Shown here: piece after piece, positions 39,642-54,135 of the stretch
Numbering within the stretch: position 1 is the stretch's first letter
How the letters are laid out: every line of letters starts with the position of its first letter
From: Vicugna vicugna
Taxonomy: Eukaryota
Direction of reading: 5' to 3'
NCBI GenBank assembly: GCA_013265495.1
Contig: MU058636.1
Coordinates: forward strand, 6,855,741 to 6,919,740
DNA: 64,000 nucleotides
Made by a program: the position numbers and the translations under genes
Notes under the pieces: generated by a model
Seen by the model: the letters and a program-made list of their open reading frames with translations, nothing else
Databases searched by the model: none
What the model was told of the DNA's origin: nothing

Positions 39642-40322
39642 ATTTAAGGATAACATAAACTCTTTTAACTTAGGTGGCATCCACTTTGATCTTTGCTTAG
39701 GTCCAGGCCTGCGGAACTACTCGTGTCCACCCAGCCTTCACATCGTAAAGCATACCCAGAAGGCTTCTGTGGTAGAAAAGAAAATATTCATGTTTGGCAA
39801 GCAAATAGCTACTAGAACCAAGAAAAAATACCAGGAGATATTTCTTAACTTTTATATATCAGGATAAAATTTAATTTTTTTCTGTTTTCAGTCTAATGTC
39901 ACTAAACTTCTAGAATGGCACTCTGATTGCCTCAATGCTGTAGTATAGTCACTGAAAATTTCATCGTCTGTCTTCTGGTTCTGTGGTTACCACATGAATA
40001 AATACAGCTCTTCCCTCAAAGTTACAGTATCTAAAATCTAATAGTATGATTTGGGCATAGAACATAAAAGTGAAGTTGTAGAGGCATGTGGAAAATACTG
40101 TTAAGCTAGCAAGTTTTAAATTAAACTCTTTTATTGGAGAATTGGTATTTCAGCTTTTTGTTGTCTTAACATACTGTAATAAGTGTTAGATAAACTACTT
40201 AGGTCTGAGGAAGGAAAAGCAGTATATTAGAGGTGGCAGAAGCGCAGGATACACAGAGCTTGTAAACTTTCTTGCCTGGGCTCAGAGAACAGAAAGTATC
40301 TTCTCTTCCTATGGTTGGAGGA

Positions 40323-40344
40323 AGAGAGAGAGAGAGAGAGAGAG
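40323..40344. repeat. (AG)11 microsatellite
   Basis: Direct reading. Confidence 0.92.
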
Positions 40345-40959
40345 ATCCCTTCTTCTTTTTGCCATTTAGAATGCTCTCTCAGGTCTCCCCAGAAAAAGAA
40401 CCCAGTTAGATCATGCTTCCATAGGTGTAGGGAAACACTATGTTCAGTTAGTTATGAGCGTCCTTCATAGGAACATTTTAAGAGGTTTTATTACCTATCA
40501 TATGGCCTCACATCTCTGATAATGACGAGAGGTGAATTGCATATGAATTGTAGCTCACCCAGTAAATCACTAATCATTGTATTTAGTGAGTAGTACTTAG
40601 GTGTCTTATGCTGTAGCAGGGGCTAAAAATTAAATATTAGGATTTAAAACCACGTTTCACTTCAAAAGACCAAAGCAGAAAGACCAAGGAGTTGGCATTC
40701 TTTTAGAAGACAATTATTGAACAGTTGACAATTGTATTACTTAAGTCAGAGTCCCTTCCTGAATACTAATGTGGACTACTTTCTATGTGAACAAGTAAAG
40801 AAAAACTTCATCTACACTTATTTTACTCTTTTTCTGAAGTGAGGACTGACCTTATTCCTTTCCAAGACACCCCATTTTCTAATGCCTTTTCAAGATTTCC
40901 CTGTCACCATTTCTCTCTTGTAATCAATGTTTCTCTGACTCTCTCATTCTCTGTAATCT

Positions 40960-41172
40960 ACAGCTCTTTACCCTAAAAATTATGAACCTGTCTTTCTCTT
41001 AGCCTCCTATCCTGTTTTTTCTTAGCTTTCACACAGAATTCTTTGAAAGAGTACATTCCTCAATTCCCTTTCATTCACCAACCCAGTGCAATCAGGCTTC
41101 CACCCACTGCATCCTAGTCACCAAAGACAGGGAACTCTCTTGTGTTTTCGTCATACCTGACCTTTCTGACAG
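40960..41172 (+). mobile_element. L2 ORF2 fragment
   Basis: caacccagtgcaatcaggcttccacccactgca...gtcaccaaagac...tcatacctgacctttctgacag follows the L2 RT region. Confidence 0.65.
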
Positions 41173-41789
41173 GTGGTGAAATTGACAGTGTAATAAGGTG
41201 CAAAGAGCGTGATTGGTTTCGAATGCTTATTTTTTTTAAAAAAAATCTGAACAACTTGGGAGAATAAAGTGAGAAAGTAACAGTCTCACCATCACAAAAA
41301 GGTTCAAGAAAATTCTCTCGGGCAAGACTTCAGCCCTCCTCTCTAATGTAAGCTCTTCTTTAGGTAAGAAACTTTGAGAGAAGAGCGGTTCTGTAATTTT
41401 AGGTCTTCTGAGGAAGGAACTGAACTCAAATACAAAGCCTTTCAGTAGCATCACATTGCTGCCAAAGAAATTTAAGAATTATATTGCTTGTTTAGTTTCA
41501 AAACTAGTTCTGGAAGAAAAAAAAAGATCTGCACTACTGCAATGCTGAATTTTCATTCAAAAGATGTCTTCCGTATTCAAAACCTCTCTGTAACCTGATA
41601 AATTTTTTTTCCTTTTTGACAGTCTGTTAGTCTGCATATAGTCCAGGTCTCTCCTGATTCTTCACAGAAACTGGATTAACTTTACAATAGTTCTGTGAAC
41701 TCTTTCTTAGATCTGTGTCTGCCTTTCATCTGATACCTTCCCTTGGACTCATGTTTAGGTTTGTTCCCATGTTTGGTTCTTTCCTATAC

Positions 41790-42135
41790 CTGGAGCGCTT
41801 GGTGGGTACGCACTCCTTTGCTCCGTTGAACTGAAGCTTGGTCATGTGACTTTCTCTGACCAGACATGTGAGAAGTGATATGTGTTACTTCTGGGCAAAA
41901 GCTACAAGAGCCAGTGACCCTTGATCCATGTTCTTTCCCTTCCACCTAGGTTGCCTGTAGTGTTGCAGACAGTGGTCACGTTGTCAGTCTAGCTCCCAGG
42001 GCGAGGGTGATGGCAAAGCAGAGCTGAACACAGGCAGTGGACGTGGACCTAGAGCAAGAAACAAACCTTTGTTTTTTAAGCCCCTGAGACTTGGGGGGCT
42101 GTCGCAACATAATCTTGTCTTTCCTGTTTGATCTA
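41790..42135 (+). mobile_element. ERVL-MaLR solo LTR (MLT1I/J-like)
   Basis: ggtcatgtgactttctctgacca...gaagtgatatgtgttacttctgggc...agcaagaaacaaacctttgttttttaagcccctgagacttgggggctg. Confidence 0.8.
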
Positions 42136-42149
42136 CTCGTTTTTCTGGC

Positions 42150-42455
42150 AGAGCATACCATTAGTAGATTCTTGAAACAGAGTGGGTGAAAAATAAATGT
42201 TTACTCGTGTCTGAAAATATAACTCTTCTGTCCTCATTTTTTATGGATAGTTTGGCTGGAAACAGCGTACTGAGTGTTACGTTCCTCGTGATGCTGCAGG
42301 CGTTGTTCTCTTTTCTCTTGTCTTCCAGTGTGGCCGTTGAGAAGTCTAGTGTCTTTCTGATTCTTGATATTTTGTATAAATATTTTTCTTCTTATTAGCC
42401 TTTTCCTTAATCCTGGTGTTCTAAAATTTTCTGATGATGTGCCTTGTTTGGGGGT
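42150..42455 (-). mobile_element. HAL1 or L1 ORF1-region fragment, antisense
   Basis: tgtctgaaaat...ggatagtttggctgga...ttccagtgtggccgttgagaagtct...aaattttctgatgatgtgcctt. Confidence 0.65.
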
Positions 42456-42609
42456 GTTACATTAAAATTTTTACTTCTTACCATTAATAAAAAAGAAAAT
42501 AATATTAGAGATTTAAAACTCTTGCATTTTTAAAATTTTCCCAAGCAGTATGCACACGTGGATTATTTTCTTCTGAACAATGCTGTAATATTTTGCATCT
42601 GGTTTTCAA

Positions 42610-43140
42610 TATGGCTAGATCTCTTCTTATCCCCTTCAACTGCTTCTTTCTCTAATCTTAAAACCGTGAGTGGTTCCCAAGAATCAGCCTAGGTCTTTTG
42701 ATCCTCATTTTGCTTGTTGTTCTTTGAAGACTTTTGCCTAATGCTGTGCCTCGGTTAATACTTCTCTGTCAGTAATTCCAAACTCTACAGTCCTCTTTGG
42801 TATGCTGACTTCATTCTAAATGCAAGAGACATAAACTTAAGGCAGCCTTACAATTTTTCCCAAATGTGTACCCTTCTTCTTGAATATTTTCATAATAATA
42901 TTCCCGTTCTCCCAGTCATCCATGTTAAAACCACAGTAACCTCATGAGACTCCAGTCTTCTACATTAGCCCTAAAATCTGGTTTCTCATCCAGTCTGGCC
43001 TCTCTCCTTTGTAATGTCTCTTACTTTCCATTTCCCTACTTGAATACTAGGTTAGGTGCTTGTTGTCTCTCTTCTGGAAAGATACATAAAATAGTCTCCT
43101 ATTATTTCCTCTTTTTGCTTCTAAAACTAATTTCTTGAAT
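42610..43140 (+). mobile_element. L2 fragment
   Basis: gtggttcccaagaatcagcctaggtc...gtaattccaaactctacagtcc...ttctcccagtcatccatgttaaaacc. Confidence 0.55.
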
Positions 43141-45058
43141 GAAGTCTTGTAGTCATACACTTCCATTGGCTTTCACATTCTTTAACCTCTAGTACCTGTA
43201 ACTTAGCTCATGCTTATTTCCAAGTTCCTCTATCGGCAATTTCAGATTAGCATCTCATGGGCTGAAGGCACCGCCACAGCTTTTTTTGATCAGAACAGAG
43301 GTTTTTAAAACATGTCAGACTGTGATCTTTTAGACACAGAGTAATTTGGGATGGGTATGTAATACCTGAATATGTCCTTTGTGAAATATCTTCTTGAAAA
43401 TCCTATTCACGTGAGAAGTTTGTGTTGATAAAAGAGACTTGGTGTACAACAGCATCATAAAGAAAATCATGTTTAAAAAGTTGTGAGAACCTGCTCTTCA
43501 GAGTGGCATGATTCTTGTTACATAAGAATCAGTTTTCTCTTTAGCTAATATGATAGCTAATGTCAAGTATTCCTGAGAAATTTGCATATTGTGTGGGATA
43601 TTGTTTTTCAATAAACAGATCGTATGTAATGGGAATATACAAAACGTATGAGGATGGTAGTAAGTTACTTTGTTAAAATGTGGGGAAAAGTACTGCCTAT
43701 AATTGTTTTCTTATTTTGTTAATAATTGTTTTTAACAGAAATTATTTGGAAGTTTTAATAAGCCCTGTAAAATGCAGTAATCCCTTGTCATTTGGATTAA
43801 TTTCAGGTCAAAGTTATGGTAGCTAAAACACTATGGTTTTGCTAAAAACAGAGTTATTTAGGCCTTTTTAAAGGTCATTATTGTCCCCAGAATACCACAT
43901 CCCTTTTTCCAAATTGTTGATTCTTTTTCCTGGGAAAATGTAGATTTGGGATTTGTTCTTCTGATTTCTTCAAAAATTTACTTAGAACAGGGATTATTTA
44001 CTTACCAAGTACCTACGTTTGGGAACCACATTTATTCCCAGCGCGTGTGCAGAGCCTTCAAAGGGAGTGTGATCAGGAGTAGAGTGACGGGTTGACATGG
44101 AGACTGTGTTTCATGAAGATAAATTCATGGCTAGCACTTTATTAGTAGAAAAGCATGAAGGAAAAAGTCTATAGATGAGGCATGAGTGATCAAGAAGGAT
44201 TTTTAATAAAATGTAGTAAGCAAGTTTTTATTTATAGTAGTATTGAAAGGGATATGTTTTAATCCAAAAAAATTTGATTTACCAGCTAAATTAAAAAAGA
44301 CCCCAAAAATGAAATCACTATAATGAATTAATAACAAAAAATTGTTTAAGACTTATGCTAAATATGTCATAGAATGAGTGTAAACTGAGCAATATACTTT
44401 CCTAATTCAAAACATTTTATAACAGTCACTTGTATTCATGAGGATGAAACTAGGAAACTGCCAGATACACAAATACATTTTAATCTAAATCAGCAAAGAG
44501 AGATGGCATTTGGATAAAATTTTAATATTAAGTTTTTTCTTTTTTTTTTTTTTTACAGATTTCAAAAGAATTAATTTGTAACATTTTTTCTATGTACTCT
44601 TAAGTCATTTGGAATGCATGTCACTGGAATCTTTTATTGCCAAATCAATCTAAATACGTTGTTTATATTTCTCATTTTCATCTTATAATCACAAGAAAAA
44701 TCTCTGTATTAGAGACGAGAGTTTTCCATCCCAAATGCTTCTGGTCCCTGGGTCATTCCATTACTGATCATTTGGTCTCTTCTGGAAGGAAGCTTTGAGC
44801 TGAGAGCCCTCTTTCTATCTCAGTCTGCATCAAGCCTGGAATTTACTAGGAATTCAGAAAACACCTTTTAAACTAAGTATTACAGGGCTGCTTTTAAAAA
44901 TATGATTTCTTACAAAATAACATTTTTTAAAAATTTTTTAGAAAGACTTATAAATACTATCACGTGGAAGTTATTAGCAACAACATGATCCTTAAACCAG
45001 ATGTTACTTTCATGTACATGCTCATTTTTCTTACACTTGGTTTGCTTTCTCCTTTTAG

Positions 45059-45123
45059 GAATGGCAAAATTCTATCCAGAAGAATGCAGGACTTGCATTT
45101 ATTGAACTCATCAATGAAGGAAG
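45059..45123 (+). CDS. NBEA: Neurobeachin internal coding exon (65 nt, phase 0 to 2): EWQNSIQKNAGLAFIELINEG(R)
   Basis: Pyrimidine tract tttgctttctccttttag, donor AG|gtaatt; continues the frame. Too short to appear in the supplied ORF track. Confidence 0.96.
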
Positions 45124-46854
45124 GTAATTAATTTTACAATTTTTAGACAACTAGTCAGTGTACATTTTATTCCACTGGGCAACTGCTCTTTCCTGCCATC
45201 TGTTCCCAAAATGTGTAAGAAAATATATTTTTGTTAAATAATTTATCACACAGAAACTTAAGTTTAAAGGAACAAAGCTTTAAATGTTAAACATATTTAT
45301 TGGGGAGAAAGCATGTATGAAATAAAGGGACAAAGTTTATAAGATTTATATGAGATCTGAGCCACGTCTTACCAAGTAGTAAAGTTGTTCTACGCAGATC
45401 AAGTGAACCCAGTCTGCAGTCCCATCTGCCACCCCATCTGTTTTCAGAGCCGTACTCCGTCTTTGCTCCCTCAGCCCATTTCAGTTCATGTGAAATAGTT
45501 TTCCAACATGTCATGCTAGCTGGGATCCAACTAAAACCGTGAGGGACGGCAAATATAGGAACTGTATGTCTGGTTCGGAATTTATTTATACCATTGTTAA
45601 AATGATATTGTAGGTGGAATTATGTTTGAACCTATTTATTGCATTTATCACTTTATGATAGACTGTTGCTCACTGTGATGTTTCTAATAATTTATTGGCA
45701 ATGGATACATTAAGACAGATGTTACTGTCACCATTTTGACATGTAACATGTACAGCTTCTATAGCGAAAGACCTGCATCCTATAAAACTTGAGTTTCTTC
45801 TGTGATATTGTGCATTCTTTGGAAAATAATGACAGAAGATTTGACATAATCTATTTCTTATTTGAAACCATGTTTAATTAAATTTATGAGGAAATAATAT
45901 TGCTCTACATAAAACTTAATCTTTTTCAAAGGAGGTGTTGTGAAAGAATATTTTGCAAGATACTCCATCTGTATATGCTATAAAAGCCTATTTTAAAAAA
46001 TTAACTTAAGTGCAATTTAGTATTTTTTCCATCAATGCATTATATTCTGAGAAATAGTCTCTGTTTTCATAACAATTCATTTTATTTTGTATTTCTTATT
46101 TAGATATTTCATGATTGAATTATTTTTAATCATGATACTATAACTCTATATATTAAAATAAATTTGCATTCACTGCCAAGAAAATGATACAGGAAAATAT
46201 CAGTTTTCTTTTATAACAGGAAGAATAATAATAAAATAAAAAATAAAATAAATAAAAAATAATAATACCCTATAGTTCTTAGAAAACTTTATTGTGGTAA
46301 GAATTGATAATTATTATTACCCCTCTTCAGGCAATGAAAAAATAGAAAAAAGGTTTTTTTGTCCAGGCAGCTAGCTCATTGACGTATAGAAATCTCTCAC
46401 TTCACATACATGCTAGTTTTGCTAATTTGTTTCAACTGTGAAGTAAAAAACAAAAATTTTGTTGTCATCAGTAACCCTGAAGAGTTAGCAGACTGAACCT
46501 TCAGCATTTAAGGTTAAGATTATAGTTATTGTCTTGGAAAAGGAGATGAGTGAAAAATTTGCCAACAGAGATTTTTTAGCTTTTGAAACTGTTTTGTTGT
46601 TCAGTCATAGTGTTTGGGGTTTATTTTGTTTTGTTTTAGGAAAGAAATTGGAATTATAGAAAAGAGTTATAATTAAAAAAAATAATTCATAAAAGCCTCA
46701 AAAATGCTTACCATAATGTTCCTTCTGCCATTCTAGATTTGTTACCATTTTTTATACTAATAGTTACTCCAACAAAGATAATTTTGAAACAAATACTGAA
46801 ATATGGTTAGCTGTAAATACACAAGAACATACCATGTGTACGTTAGCATAGCAG

Positions 46855-47050
46855 GTATCTATTCAGTACTACGTACCAAATACTATTCTAGGAGCTGGGA
46901 ATTGAGAAGTGAATAAGACAAATATGTTTCTAAATTTAGAGGGAAAGACAAACATTAGACCAGCACCTACAATAACACAAGGGTGCAGTGATAGAGCTGG
47001 GGTAGGTGTTAAAGCAAGCAGAAGGCAGGGCACTTAGACTTGTCTGGATG
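46855..47050 (-). mobile_element. L2 3' fragment, antisense
   Basis: tattcagtactacgtaccaaatactattctaggagctgggaat...gtgaataagaca. Confidence 0.6.
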
Positions 47051-47099
47051 GGTGCATTCTTCCGTTGGTGGGATTATCAGGGTTTTCAAAATGTGTATC

Positions 47100-48302
47100 C
47101 AAGCAAAGGCAATATAGTAGAATAAAGATCATCTTTTCAACAAATTGTGCTGGAACAACTGGACATCCATAGGCACCAAAGTAACCTAGACACAGACCTT
47201 ATACTCCTCACAAAAATTAACTCAACGTGGATCACAGACCTAATGTAAAAGGGAAAACTATGAAACTCGTAGACGATAACATAGGAAAACGTCTAGATGA
47301 CTTTGTGTTTGGTGATGACTTTTTAGTTATAATTCAAACGGCATGATCTATGAAAGAAAGAATTGCTAAACTAGACTTCATTAAAAGGAAAAACTTCTGC
47401 TTTACAAAAGACAATATTAAGAGAAAGAGAAGACAGCCACCGACCCGGAGAAAATCTTTGCAAAAGAAACATCTGATAAAGGACTGTTTATACAAAGAAC
47501 TCTTAAACCTCAGCAATAAGAAAACAAACAATCTGATTAGAAAATGAGCCAAAGACCTTACCAAACTCCCAACCAAAGAAGGTAAATAGATGAAACATAA
47601 GCATAGGAGAAGATGTTCCACATCACATGTCATCAGGAAAATGTACATTAAAACACCAGTCAGATACCACTACACATACATTAGCATGGCCAAAATCCGG
47701 AACACTGACTGCACCAAATGCTGGTGAGGATGTGGAGCAGTGGGAGTTCCCATTCATTGCTGGTGGGAATGCAGAATAGTACAGCCACTTTGGAAGACAG
47801 GTTGGCGATTTTTTATAAAACTAAACACTCTTACCATAGGATATAGTAGTTGTGCTCCTTGGTATCCACCCAGAGGAGTTAGAAACTTATGTTCACACAA
47901 AAACCTGCACGTGGATGTTTACTGCCAAAACATGGAAGCAACCAAGATGCCCTTTAGTAGGTGAATGGGTAAGTAAATATTTATTGATGTGATTCATCCA
48001 GATAATGGGATATTTAGTAATTAGCACTAAAAAGGAATGAGCTGTCAAGCCATAAAAAGATATGGAGTCACTTTAACTGCATATTACTAGATGAAAGATG
48101 CCAATCTGAAAAGGCTACTATATGATTCTAACTCTGACATTTTGGAAAGAGCAGAACTGTGGACACAGTAAAAAGATTACTGCTTGCCAAGGATTAGGGG
48201 GAGGGAGGGATGACTAGGCAGAGAATTTTCAGGGCAGGGAATCTACTCTGTATGATGCTATAATAGTGGGATACGTGTCGTTTTACATTAGTCCAAACCC
48301 TT
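47100..48302 (+). mobile_element. L1MC-like ORF2 C-terminus and 3' UTR
   Basis: cttttcaacaaattgtgctggaacaactggacatcca...; ORFs 47350..47547 (KLDFIKRKNFCFTKDNIKR) and 47740..47964 (HCWWECRIVQPLWKTGWRF) are L1 ORF2 remnants. Confidence 0.92.
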
Positions 48303-51300
48303 ATGTTACTTCCATCCTTCAGAGAAATGAGGCAATTTGTGAAACAATGTCAGTGTTAGTGCCTGTTTATTTATAGTGTATTTTTAAGGCTGTTTCCTTA
48401 GTGCCTATTATAATATGTAGCATATGTATATTATTTGCACCAAGTTCAAATACCCGTTCTCCTGTTGATAAACTGTCAGACTCTGGGCATGTAACACAAT
48501 CTCCTTCTGACATCGTTTCACATTTTGCCGTTTCTGTGAAGGTTGCAAGTAATGTATGACATTGATTACAACTGCTACAATATAGACACTTAAAAATGGA
48601 AGGCTTTTGGTTATTTTTTGTTACTGCATATAATTTATATTCAGGATTTTGCTAACTCTCATCCTTAGTCCATTTCCTTTCAGTTTAGACCCTTCTCTTT
48701 ATAAATTTGAACTGGGAATTCCAGATCAAAAAAAAATACCATGTTTAGATAGTTGGAGTGTAGTTACAGTAAAGACACATTACTCTGTTTATCTGGCTTC
48801 TATTTGTTGATGCCAACTTTGTGTTAGAAACAAATTAGATTCTTTACACACACTTCTATCTCATTTGTATGGACATACATTTTCTTAACTTTTTCTAATA
48901 GTGTAAAATGTAATATATAAAAAATATTCCTCTTGGTTGTTAGAATATCAGTCTTTAATTTGTCCTTGTGGGAATGAAGATAAAAATCTTTAAGTGGAAA
49001 TTGCTATAAATGTTTATCCTACTTAACAGCTACACTCGCAAATATAATTCATCAATCATAGCTGGAGAAAGCAATTGTGCAGTTGTCTACAATTAACAGG
49101 ACAAAAACAGTTGATGAATGTGCAGCTGAATTAAAGTACTCCCTAGGACAGGCTGAAATTATAAACTGGATCATTTAGAGGAATCTAACAAAGGATCTTT
49201 ATAATTAAAACAAAGCAAGGTTAATGGGATGTAAAATTGCCTATAATATCTTGGCAATAATAATTGGATTTTAAATTATTAAAATATGAATTGAACTGTA
49301 AAGCAAATAAGAAAGACTTTTAAATTATGGAATTTGAGAGATCTTGGGAAATAAATTAATCATTTGCCTAAAATAAACCTTTATCACTCTTATGGAAGCA
49401 TATAGGATGTAAGTAATGAATATTCATAACCAGCCAGAATGTATTCTTGTGTAGCACTGAATTTAATCTGTGATTCACAAGAAAACACTTTTTTGTTTCG
49501 TCTTTTAAAATAGGGAAAAATATATACCTTGAATTTCTTAGGTTTTGAAGAAGAGAAGCATTGTGCATCCAAGTATAATTCTTCAGTGATCATGTGGCCC
49601 AAACTTGAATATCCTCTTTAATTTAACAAATGCTATTTAATAATTAAAAAAGCTTGGATTCCTTGAGTTTGTTTCAACTTGATTTCACTAAAACTGTGTT
49701 GAAAAAATAGAACCGAAACTGAAAGATAAAGAAACTTTTTTCTTAGAGTTGAGATTCTGATTAAATTTTGAACCAAGAAACCTGGGAACTCCTAGAAAAC
49801 AGTTTCCTCTGTATTTTTTTCATGAAATGTTTGATCTATACCTTTTCCTTACTACTATGTTACTCATTTTACACATTTAGTAAGTTATTAAACATGTTAA
49901 GTTTTCTAAACAAATAGGTTTAAAAAAAACTATGCTTTTACAAAATTAATTATATAGATTTTAAACAAAATTGCTAATTTATAGACTTTTATAATTTTAG
50001 ACATTGATAATAAATAAAATGCTATTTACCTAAAACTAAAATAAACAAGTCCCATTTGATAATGGCTAGATTTCAAGTAAAAAGGAAATACATTTCAAAA
50101 TTAGTGACTGTAAGTTTATTTGAATTACGTTTTTAACCATGTTTAAAATATACTACATATGCATGTGTATTGAGATTTTTCTTTCTCTGAGAACTTTAAA
50201 TATATAGTTTCATTCAGGGCACCATTATTTTAACTTTGGTGAGAGTTAAGTAATATTTTATAAAACACTCATAGTTCTTTGCATTTAAGAACAAAAAAAG
50301 AGCAGAGAGAACCCTATCTTTGGTATAATAATTTCTGTGCCTTATTTCCCTCATTTCTTAGAGACATAAAGGTTTTTGGTTGTTGTTGTTTTTCTTAGCT
50401 TATTATTGCAAGCAAATGCCAGCTGAGATTCAAATGATCCATATCTTTATTAGAAAACTTGAATTTACTTTCTGCACCATTCTGACACAACCAGGATCAG
50501 TTGGCAACGAGGAGAGTAGAGTTGGCCTTTGCATTGGGTATGTTGTTTAAAGAACAGATACAGGGAGAAGTAAACTAACAGGAGAACCAATGCTAATATG
50601 AAGGTATGGTGTATGTGGTCAGTCCAAGCATACACTAAAGGTGAAAGGTAAAGGAATTGGTTGAGCAAGCCAGATAAGACAAGAATATAGTCATGGCCTG
50701 AGCCATAAGTCTAGAAACTCCTACCAAGGTTTCCAGAGAATTGAAGCATTGATTATAGGCTGTTTAGTTCCCATGTTGGTAAAGTAAGGATACACAGATG
50801 ATTTATAGCCCTCAGTTGCTGTGTACAGACCAACATGTGAAAAATCAGATTACTTATAACATGACTGTTATAAAGAGTCACAGTCCAAGCTGGACATGGT
50901 TGTTATTTTCTAATTACCAAAGGTAGTGTAATACCTGTACAGGCATTCCTGAAGTACTTAACACCTATGTAATTACGGTACATACAGAAAATAAAACCCT
51001 GAAAAAATACTAATGAAATATTCATTAGTTTTAGCAGTGATACAAATACATTTTATATCTGATCTTCATCTCCAAGTAATTTGTAATTGAGAAGTTAGGA
51101 TTTACATGCAGAAAAAAATTAAACAGTTCAAAATGTCATAGACAATGTATAACCAAGTACAAAATAGTGATATAAAAACTGCATTGACTTTAGAAGGACC
51201 TGTTTCAGTGGACACCAATGATTGTGGAAGGCGTCTTTTAGGAGACAGGACCTAAATAAGTATAGACACACTGTGTGGGATTAAGAAAAAAACAACCCTA

Positions 51301-51689
51301 GCTTTTTGTGTGAAAATTAAGATTTAAAACAATAGAAAATACATTTATATTCTTTATTATCTAATAAAGCAAATATGGACATAATTTTATTTTAAACTAA
51401 TATTATAATCTCTCTTTGAGCTTTATATTATTTAAATAGAGTCAAAGTTTTCCTAATTTTTAAGTGATGACCAATAATCTTCTTATTAATGCTTATTTTA
51501 TAGAGTTTATTTCTGTATTACAAAGAATATGGAACTTTGACATATTTTTTTAAAAAGAATTGCTCATACTTAAAAATGAGACTCCAAAATAAACAGTCCA
51601 TTATTCCAAAGTTCAGATTTTTTCATTCTTAGCACAATGTAAGAAAAACAATGGATTTCACTCACTTAAGAGCAGATTGAAGTTAAAAA

Positions 51690-53645
51690 TATACATATTT
51701 CTACCAATCATTTAAGGAAGAACTGATACTAATTACACTCAAAGTCTTCTAGAAACAGAAGAGTAGGTAACACTATACAGATCATTTTATGAGACCTGAT
51801 AACAACACCAAAGACATTACAGGTAATGAAATTACAGACCAATACAAACCATAAATATAGGTGTCATAATCCTTGATAAAATTTGGAAAATCAAATTCAG
51901 CAATATATGAAAAATATTACATCATGAGCAAGAGGTGTTTATCCCAAGAATGCAAAGTTGGTTTGATAATCAAAAAAAAATTCATCAATGTGAAATACCG
52001 TATCAACAGACTAAAAAAGAAAAAATATATATGGATATTTTATTAGATGTAGGAAAAAACATTTGAAAAATTCAGCATCTATTCATGATAAAAACTCTCA
52101 GTAATCTAGAAATCACACTCTCTCCATGCAACAGATGGTATCTACAAGAAACATACAGCTAACATCCTACTCAATGGTGAAAGACTAAATTCTTTCCCTC
52201 TAGAACAAAAACACGTCAAGGATGTTCTTATTGACTACTTCTGTTGAATATCGGGCTGGATGTCTTAGCAAGTTAAATCAAGCAAGTAGAAAATTCTAAC
52301 TTGCCTGAAAAAAAAGCTACTAGAACTAATACGTGAATTTACAAAGCCACAGGATATGAGGTCAATATTAAGAAATAAATTGTAACACTTATAATATATG
52401 TGAAATACTGGAAATTTAAATAAAACCATTATAATAGTATCAAAAACATGAAATACTTAGGGATGTACTTAGTAAAATATGTGAAAGACTTGTACAATTA
52501 AAAACTACAAAATATTTCTGCAAAAAAATTAAAAACAAATAAATACAGAAATATATTGTGTACATGTATCAGAAGACCCAATAGGATTAAAGTGTTCATT
52601 CTCCGCAAACTGATCTATAGACTCAAACCTGATCAATACTCCAGCAGGCTTTTTGTTTTTTTGGTAGAAACCAGCAAGCTGATTTTTAAATTTTTGTGAA
52701 AATACAAAGGATTTATGACAGCCAAAACAAATTGAAAAAGAACAGGGTTGGAGGATTATTGTAAAAGTACACAAATAGATCAATAGAAGGGAAGAGAGAT
52801 GATCTTACAACTCAATAATAAAAAGACAAACTACCCAATATAAATTGGGTGTATGATTTGAGCAGACGCTGCACCGAAGAAAGTACACAAATGGCCAATC
52901 TGCAGATGAAAAGATGCTCCACATATATTTCTCTTGGGAAATTCACTTTTAAACCACAGTGAGATAATATTATGTATCTACTACACTGGGATAATTTAGT
53001 AGATCAGCAACACTAAGCCTTGGTGAGGATGTGGAGCCAGTGGAACATCTATACCTTGCTGGTGGGAGTGCAAAATGGTACACCCCGTTTGTCAGTATCT
53101 TATAAGGTTAAACATTCACTTAGCATGTGACCTAATAATTTCAAGTCTAGGTATTTTCCTAAAAGAAATGAAAATATAAGTGCACAGTAAGGCCTATATG
53201 TGAGTGTTCATAACAGCTTTACTCATAATAGCCACAGGCAGGAAATAACCAAAATGTCCATCAGCTGGTAAATTGATGAAAGTATATCATTATATGGAAT
53301 ACTACTCAGCAATAAAAAGGTTTGAGCTACTGATAACACACAACATACATGGAACTTAAAAGTATTATGTGAAGCTAAGTAAGCCAAAGCGCAAAGACAT
53401 ACTGTATGATTCCATTTATATGACATTATGGAAAAGACAAAATCACAGGGACAGAAAGCAGTCCCCTCATTCTTGTGAATGGCAGATAAAAGGCACAAAG
53501 GAATATCCTCGGGTGACGGTAATGTTCTTGATTCTGGTGATGGCTGCCTGAAATATGCATTTGTCAAAACTCATCAAACTGCATTTAGAAAGAGTTAACC
53601 TTATTATATGTAAAGTATACCTCAATAAACCTGACTTAAAAAGCA
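51690..53645 (+). mobile_element. Old L1 (L1MB8/L1ME-like) ORF2 fragments and 3' end
   Basis: tttatcccaagaatgcaaagttggttt (RT), aaaattcagcatctattcatgataaaaactctcag, end tatacctcaataaacctgacttaaaaa. Confidence 0.9.
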
Positions 53646-53924
53646 AAACAAAACCCTACAGTAGTGCTTCATTACTTGTAAAGTCCTGCAAGGCCTTTGC
53701 TTACCTGGCCTTCCTTATCTCCCCACACTGAACTAGGCACCCTCTGTTTACTGCTAAAGTACCCTTATGTCACGCTTACATTCCATTGTCATTTGCCACC
53801 ACAAAGAAGGCCCTGGATGAAATATTGTTGAGTGAATGACTGCCTAACTGTGTGTCCCTTGCCTTTTCTCACTCTGGAATGCCCTGTCAGAAGCCACATT
53901 TCCCAAACAAGTTAAACACAGTTG

Positions 53925-54135
53925 CCTGTTTGTGTGACTTTGGGCAAGTTACTTAATCTCTCTAAGCCTTAGTTTCTTCGTATGTATAATGGGTCTAATT
54001 ATGCTTATCTAATAAGATATCAAATGAAGGAATAATCCAATAAAATGATACCTATAATGCACTTAGTCTGGTAAATAATTCTCAATGTTCCTGGCACATA
54101 GTAAGGACTCAAGAAATGAACATTTGCCTTGATTA
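53925..54135 (+). mobile_element. MIR SINE
   Basis: tgtgtgactttgggcaagttacttaatctctctaagccttagtttcttcgtatgtataatggg...cctggcacatagtaaggactcaa. Confidence 0.88.

Noticed and set aside
44533..44558. Very long pyrimidine tract plus CAG 500 nt before a real exon (similar sites near 61766 and 63499)
   Set aside because: No matching strong donor nearby; decoy acceptors are common in T-rich introns
47334..47964. Overlapping 65-104 aa ORFs (similar clusters at 52529-53567 and 56971-59701)
   Set aside because: Sense and antisense translations of decayed L1 ORF2 and 3' UTR; no intact L1 ORF exists in the window
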